Assembly: GCF_009914755.1 (NCBI RefSeq)
Contig: NC_060926.1
Source of the DNA: the human T2T-CHM13v2.0 reference genome, Homo sapiens
Length of the DNA: 64,000 bases
Direction: 5' to 3' (one strand)
The translations under genes were made by a program, and so were the position numbers. Positions 55,883 through 64,000 of this stretch are shown here, piece by piece; within the stretch, counting starts at the first letter, position 1; every line of letters begins with the position of its first letter. The notes under the pieces are model-generated. The model worked only from the letters and a program-made list of their open reading frames with translations, was not told the origin of the DNA and did no database searches.

Positions 55883-57564
55883 CGGGTGCGGGCATCGCCT
55901 CACCGACTCTGAGAACTAGCTTCTAGGGAACAGGGGTGGAGTGAGGGTCTGTGGTTGGAATCTGTTACCACCATCTTCATAGGATGCAGGGAAGTGGGCG
56001 GTGGCAGAACAACTACGGTTGGAAACACATACCATTTTACATTTTTCCATTAGAATTTTGACTTAGGGGAGTAGAAAATCTTTGGTAATATATTGACAGA
56101 GAAAACATATTTCAAACAATATGTTTGTTTGTCATGTCCTACAATGTAATCACAAAACTGGGCCTTGCAAAGGACCATGAAGGTCATCTGGTTTAACCTC
56201 TCACAGGGTGCAGGGATCCCTTCTGTAGCTTCCCGATTCTATTTAACTACTTCAATGACCCCAACTCACTGCCAGCTATGACAGCCAGGTTCTGCCTCTT
56301 TGCTCCAGTAGAGTCCTGTTTATATTACATTTTTGTAAATATGTTATTACCTTTTATGTATCTTTCTATATGTTTATACTCACCTCCCTATTTTTTCCTG
56401 TTTGACTTTATGTTCCCTGAGGGTAAGTCTTTACGTTTTATTAGCAAAGAACCTCTCCATAAATCCTTATAGGATTGGTTTGCATTACTTTGCATTATTG
56501 AATGATTCCAATCACCAAAAACTTCTTTAGGCTAAGCTTAAGTGTGATCACATGTAACTTTCTAACCGTCAGTCTTTATTCTGTTATTTGGGGGAAACAC
56601 AGGATAAGACTAATATCTCTTACTTATTGAAGTTCTCAAAATAGTTGAAAGCAGTTAACATATACTTCCTAATTTTCCTGTTTCCAGAGAAAACTATGCT
56701 CAGTGCCTTTACCTCATATCTTATCATTTCAAGTCAGGCTATTATCTTTTAAGGTTTAGGCACTGTTATTTGAATATAACATAACATTGCCTTTGCTTTA
56801 TCTTGGCTCAGAGAGAACGCAGGGAACAAAATACCATACAATTTTCTTTTGTCTTGTTTTTAAACATAAACTGCTCTTGAGCCATACATTCCCTGTTCCA
56901 CACATTAAAAATCTAAGTGCCAGGTTTTATATTTATCCATCTAATTTCATCTTGTTAGTTTTGACCTATCCAATTGATTCTTTCGACTGCACTATAGCTA
57001 TCCCACCAAGTGTTGTATCACAGGCAAGTGAGAAGAGGAGTTCATTGAAGTTAGACAAAAGGTTGACAGGGTCCAGCTGCATGCCAGCAGCCTTCCCCAG
57101 AGCCCATCCCTAGAGAGTCTGTAGCAGCAGAGAGACGGGTATCCATGTGTCTTCAAAGTTCAAAGGTGATTCTGATGTCCATCCTTTGTTGACACCATTT
57201 TCTGAGATGCCATCCTCATGAATTCTATCAAAATACAAACTAAGTTGTTACCTTGGATTTTTTTCCTCCTCTTTGCTGACTTGCTAATAGTTGTACTGAA
57301 CACTCATGGTAAATTAACAACCATGCTATTTTAAATTAATCTTTGTATAAATCTCAGATTTGCTAGTGGCAAGTAGAAGTGTATTTTCTTTGTAAATCCT
57401 TTTAACAACATCAGATCAGATCTTACTTTCCCACTGACCTCTTTTGAATGGTTCTTTGGTGGTTTATTATTTTAACAGAATGTCTGTTTTTCATGATAAA
57501 GACTTTGAAGTAAATGCTATGACCTCTTTTCTCTAATTAATAATTTTATGATTTCTCACAATAG

Positions 57565-57620
57565 GATTTCCTCAACCTTTAGCTGATCCTTCAGATGGCT
57601 TGGATATTGTGCAGCTTGAG
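57565..57620 (+). CDS. NMS: NMS coding exon 2
   Basis: acaatag|GA TTT CCT...CTT GAG|gtaccc = (G)FPQPLADPSDGLDIVQLE; phase matches exon 1. Confidence 0.96.
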
Positions 57621-58258
57621 GTACCCAATTATTCAGTAATGTGAGATTTTTGTTTAGTCTGGACCTTGAATACATCATGTGTATAATGTTCACTTAAAAC
57701 TATTTTGAGATCAGATTTTTGGCTGCAGCAGAAACTCACTGTTGCCATTTTTCATGGCCTCATTTAAGGCATCCTGAGGGTTGTGTTGAAATTCACTACC
57801 ACTGTGTGAGAAAATAATGTGAGGTTCAGAAATAGGACAATTTTAGAATTTTAAATCTGTTGTAATAAAATTCTGCTGACTGAAGAATTTAAGCTTATCT
57901 TTGATTCGTTGTCTAAATTTTAAATGCATAATAGATGTACATACTTTCAGGGTACATGTGATATTCTGATACTTTCATATAGTGTGTTACAACCAAGTTG
58001 GGGGAAATGGAATATCGATGGATATTAAACATTTACCTTAAATAGTTACATTTTCTTTATGCTGGGAGCATTTGAATTATTCTCTATTAGCTATTTTGAG
58101 ATATCCCATAGATTATGGTTTATACTATAGTCACTCTACTGAATTATCAAACACCAGGCCTTGTTTCTTCTATCTAATTGTATTTGATTACCCATTAATC
58201 AATCTCTCTCTTCATCCCCCTCATCCCTTTGATTTGTTTTCTTCATTTTATTTTTTAG

Positions 58259-58309
58259 CAGCTGGCATATTGTCTGAGTCAGTGGGCACCTCTTTCTCGC
58301 CAACCTAAG
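58259..58309 (+). CDS. NMS: NMS coding exon 3
   Basis: tttttag|CAG CTG...CCT AAG|gtaaaa = QLAYCLSQWAPLSRQPK. Confidence 0.96.
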
Positions 58310-58665
58310 GTAAAAAAATGTGTATATATATAATATATATAAAATATATATATATGCAACAAACACACTCTTTTGCTACCTACAGGAGAATGCTGTATGT
58401 ATGTGCATGCTTATGTGTGTTCAAGAATATAATTTTAGAAAAAATCAAGCAAATATCTTAAATATAAATATGTTAAATATCTTAAGTATCTTCAATATAA
58501 ATTACTATAAAATATGGGTAGTTCATGTATATTCTTACAATTATTATAATCATGTATAGTTAAGCTAATTATATGTTATGATATATTGCATATTACAAAT
58601 TGATATACCATGATATAGCAGTTCTCCAAAACAATAGTTATCATTTAAAAGACTTTACAGTAACT

Positions 58666-58953
58666 AGTTGGGCCTGGTGGCTCACACCTGTAATCCCAGC
58701 ACTTTGGGAGGCCGAGCTGGGCAGATCACTTGAGGCCAGGAGCTTGAGTCCAGCCTGGCCAACAAGGTGAAACCATGTCTCTACTAAAACTACAAAAATT
58801 AGCCGGGCAAGGTGGCGCATACCTGTAATCCCAGCTACTCAGGAGAATTGCTTGAACCCGGGAGGCGGAGGTTGCAGTGAGCCGAGATCATGCCACCACA
58901 CTCCAGCCTGGGTGACAGAGCAAGACTCTATCTCACCAAAATGAAAACAAAAA
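58666..58953 (+). mobile_element. AluS in NMS intron 3 (short deletion in right arm)
   Basis: Dimer; TSD actttacagtaact; ccagctactcaggagaattg lacks the usual gaggctgaggc. Confidence 0.92.
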
Positions 58954-60318
58954 ACTTTACAGTAACTGTAGTAACCACACAAATATTTCAATGGATATAA
59001 AGTAAGTTGATTTACTTGAAGGTACAAAAGGGTGGTAGGATAGCCCATGATGCCTAGGATAGCCTCCATAATTTCACCTTGAGCCACATCTCTTTATCCC
59101 TCACCTCCCCCAACCCACAGCACACTATGCTCCAGCCACAGTGAATCTATCAGTGAATCTATCAGTATTCCCCAAATGCACCAGGCCCTTGACGTCCTTG
59201 CACAATCTTTTCCTTAGTCAGAAATGACTTTGCCTCCTTCACAGGCTGCAGTTAACAATCCAGACTCTAAAACAAAAATACCTGGTTTCAAAATCCAGCT
59301 CTGTTTAAACTTGGTAGTTTCTTAGTTGCTCTGTGCCTCAGTTTTGTCATCTGTAGTATAGGGGTAATTGTCATAGTATCCCAGAATGCTGTTGTAAGGA
59401 TTAAATGCTTCATATTTGTGAAGTGCTTTCAACAGCATCCAGAACGTGGTAAATGACAGCACTTAAGTGCTAGTTGTTGCCATTGCCTGTTAATGCAACT
59501 AATTCTCATTCTTCAAGACTCAAACATCAGTTTCTCAAATTTCATGAATACATCAGGCCCATTTCTTCTTATTTTTGGTTTACTATGCATATGTTTGAAG
59601 GCAATTGTTAGCTCTCATTTTCAAGAATAATCTTTACAGCCTTGGACCTGGAGCAAAAATTCAGGCTGAAAACTCAGAGTTCTTCATCCCTTTGTTACTT
59701 CCTCCACATGTTGCACAAAAGGGATTTCCCTATCCCTCAGGTGAAGACTGGGGGTGTCCTCTGCACCAGCAGAGGCAGTGGAAGTAGTGTGGCTGTCCCA
59801 TGCTCAACCTGCAGTATTAAATTGGGTTATGAGGATCCCCAAGAGCAAGGGCCCACTAGGAATGAATTTCCTTCCATCTTCTCCATTTTTCCAAGTCTAT
59901 CCCATTCATTGTTTCCAACTGCAGAAGAGCAAGGGGTCACTCAGTGAACAAAACTGCCAATATTTAAAGGCATTAATAGAGAAACTGGCTCTTCCTGGCT
60001 TGTTGCTTCCCTGAAATGTGACTTTTGGCATGTCACTTCGTCTCTTGGGGCTTTGGTTTCCTCAACTGCCCAAAGTCTGGATGTGTTGCTGGAGCTCTAA
60101 GTTCACTCCTGTTCTGGTTTCCAGAATAGGCCAAGTCTGTGACTCCAGGAGACCTTTAAATCAAGACAATTCAGAAAGCAGTCACATTCTGCAAATGATG
60201 ACATCCACAAAACTCTTCATGTTTCGTGTTTCTGGTCACCACATGGGATTAGAAGACGTTTCAACTGGGAAAACTGCAATAAGTTCTTGTGAACAGGGCT
60301 CTACCATTCACTCATTCA

Positions 60319-60804
<486 letters not shown>

Positions 60805-62013
60805 TAAAGTAAGGGGCATATGAAACGTTGAGCCGGGTATTTAGCACCAGGAAAAGCATCTTCACATTCCTCATTAATTTTTGACCTGAAAAGTAAACAT
60901 AACAGTATACAGCTGATGAATGTGGTACAAAAAACAATTGTTTGCCCAATAAGTGTCCATAAACACACACACACACTGTTGTGAACAGATGCTGACAAGA
61001 AGACCAGGAGCTGTAAAAATAGCAAGTACTTTCTGCTAGTTAAAAATGGTGATTATAAGGAAATAGAGTTAATTGCCACAGAGCCTCCACTACTGGTAAT
61101 GTTGGTGGATTACAGTGTGTGTCTGTGTGTGTGTGCTCATGTTTGTGCATCCACACATATGTACATGGTAGAGAGAGAGGATGCATAGGTATTGCTCTCT
61201 TCCACTGAAGAAATTCTCCACAAAGTTTGCAGAAAGATGTAATTGTATTCACAATTATTATTAAAGTATTATTAACAACTTTAATTTTTGTCTTGATTGA
61301 GGTTTCAGCAGATTCAAAAATCTTTAAGCATGAGTGAGATGTGAATGATCAGTACGAACCAGATCAGAAGATTTAAATGATTGTTCACAGTAATCATCTC
61401 TTGTGACTTTATAAAACATGGACATGAACACTTACGCTATGGTTTTGTAAGAAGTCTTCTTCCCGGCATCTCCTTGAGTCAGATAAGCGCACATGCAGCC
61501 ATCATCTACGCAAGCCAGGGCTGAGGTGCGTGCACTGGCAAGGATTTAGAAACGGAAAATTGGACTTTCTGCAAGGATAGCAAAAATTCATGTAGAAAGC
61601 TTTTGGAGAAAAAGAAGCTTGACCAATATGAACTATAAAAACTGAATACTAGAATACACTCTGCGGCAAATTAAAAACTGTAATAGTTAGTTTATTCCAC
61701 CTGTAGTCAGATGGTTATTTGCTTCTATGCATCAGAGAGTAGGTCTCTCCTCCCCACGCCCTGCAAACTGAAAAGATGAAATGAGATTATATTTTCACAT
61801 GATGATGTATTGCTGGCAATTTTCCTTATTGTAAGATCCTGCATCAACTATAGACTCATTAAATTTACGTAATAATTTCTTTTTAGATTGCCAATTTATC
61901 ATAATAGTCAGGTAAATCCACTAAGGTCCATGGTGTACCTTATACAGAAAACGTTATCCGTTACCTGCCCCTGTAAAATTTCATCTAACTTACCCTCACA
62001 ATTCTCTTTCCAG

Positions 62014-62037
62014 GATAATCAAGACATATACAAAAGG
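62014..62037 (+). CDS. NMS: NMS coding exon 4 (24-nt microexon)
   Basis: ctctttccag|GAT AAT CAA GAC ATA TAC AAA AGG|gtgagt = DNQDIYKR; ctaac branch-like motif at ~61985. Confidence 0.95.
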
Positions 62038-62130
62038 GTGAGTACCACCTAGCCCTGTACAAGTGCATGCAGCTTCCATGTTTAGAGCAAGTGACACTCG
62101 ATACTAATATCACTTTCTTTTCTTATTTAG

Positions 62131-62184
62131 TTTTTGTTTCACTACTCCAGAACTCAGGAGGCAACACATCCAGTTAAAACTGGG
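62131..62184 (+). CDS. NMS: NMS coding exon 5 (start of the NMS precursor-related peptide); gene continues past the window
   Basis: ttatttag|TTT TTG TTT CAC...ACT GGG|gtcagt = FLFHYSRTQEATHPVKTG. Confidence 0.96.
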
Positions 62185-62690
62185 GTCAGTATTTTATTAT
62201 AATCATCTGTCTGTAAAAGTGGCTCTCCTCTGCATGTCGTCCATCCTTTCTTAATATGTGCAGACAAGTAGAAAAGCTGGGGGCTCCGGACATCCTCTGG
62301 GTAGTAGCTTCCCAGGGGCTTTTCCCTGGGGCTGCAGGGATTCTCTTTCTCCCTCTGGGCTGGGGGTGGTAGGTGGCCAACTGATCTGAGAAGTTAGAGA
62401 ATAAATTACTGAAAAGGAAAAATAAGTAGGAAATAACCTCTTATTATGCACTTAAACAGAGGTAAGGAAGAGCCTGGTAAACACTGTGCTCTCTTTACAT
62501 TGTTTTTTCTTGCCATCTGTTTTTAAGTTTGTGCTTTGTGATGTGTATGGTACCATCCCCCAGTGGTGATCCATGGATGAACATCTTCCGTGGCTGTCGC
62601 GATGTGTATGTGCAAAGGGAATAGAAACCATCACCTCTTAATTTCTTCCTACAGATTTGAGTTACCCTCGAAAGCAGCTTGTGTAGGTGA

Positions 62691-63044
<354 letters not shown>

Positions 63045-63218
63045 TAATTCAGGTACCCTGTCATAGCAAGTAAAACTCTACCACTAGAAAGTCTCTTATT
63101 TATATGTTCAAGGCTCTCCAAGTCTTAAGAGGATCCTTAAAAAAGCAAATAACCAGGAAAAAAATGTTTCCCCTAAGAATCAATCAGTATTATAGATGTA
63201 GGAATAGGGCTCAGGTAA

Positions 63219-63523
<305 letters not shown>

Positions 63524-64000
63524 AAGGAGGGGAATATTATCAAGACCAACAAGGGCACATGAAAGGAGAAAGAACAATGGAAAACAAACAAACAAAAAAA
63601 CTGTAACACAAATCAAATTTTACTCTAAACCAAAGTACACAGGGAGGATTCACAAGGACTAGATGAGGATAGGCGTGTACACCTGGGTACGCACGGCAGT
63701 CACAGACAAGATTAGGAAATCAGAAGTGCTTGGGGAGGGTTACGGGGGCTGCCCTCCACCTTTTCCCTTGGATGAGGAGCTCACCCCTGGAGAGGGAGAA
63801 AGAATACATGTGGAGCTGCTTCTAGGACAAGGCGCTCCGCTCCAGGAGCAGAGTGCTGAGGGTTAATGCAGAGAAAAGTCCGATTTACCCTAAGGGAATA
63901 TTTTTAAGGGCTGTGTTGGAATTGAAACCTGTTCTCACGGCAAGCGGCTCTTTATTGAAAACATAAAATTTCAGGCTTTGGCTCAAAAATGGGTTTTACT

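Overview
Primate (very probably human) genomic DNA, with no prokaryotic features. The right end holds coding exons 1-5 of neuromedin S (NMS, + strand; the spliced exons read MKHLRPQFPLILAIYCFCMLQIPSSG-FPQPLADPSDGLDIVQLE-QLAYCLSQWAPLSRQPK-DNQDIYKR-FLFHYSRTQEATHPVKTG, and later exons lie beyond the window). The left end holds a CpG-island promoter and non-coding first exon of a minus-strand gene, probably CHST10 by known synteny with NMS at 2q11.2. The ~52 kb between them is repeat-dense. It contains a full-length RALBP1 processed pseudogene nested in a THE1 LTR nested in an old L1, a complete two-LTR MER4 provirus, many Alus, MaLR LTRs, L1/L2 fragments and DNA transposons. I found no convincing new multi-gene system. 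The least explained structure is a composite, locally templated inverted insertion at ~25.6-26.0 kb, copied from ~27.3-28.1 kb. The best functional lead is a near-consensus REST/NRSF (RE1) site in NMS intron 1. Repeat subfamily names come from recalled consensus sequences and need RepeatMasker/Dfam confirmation.
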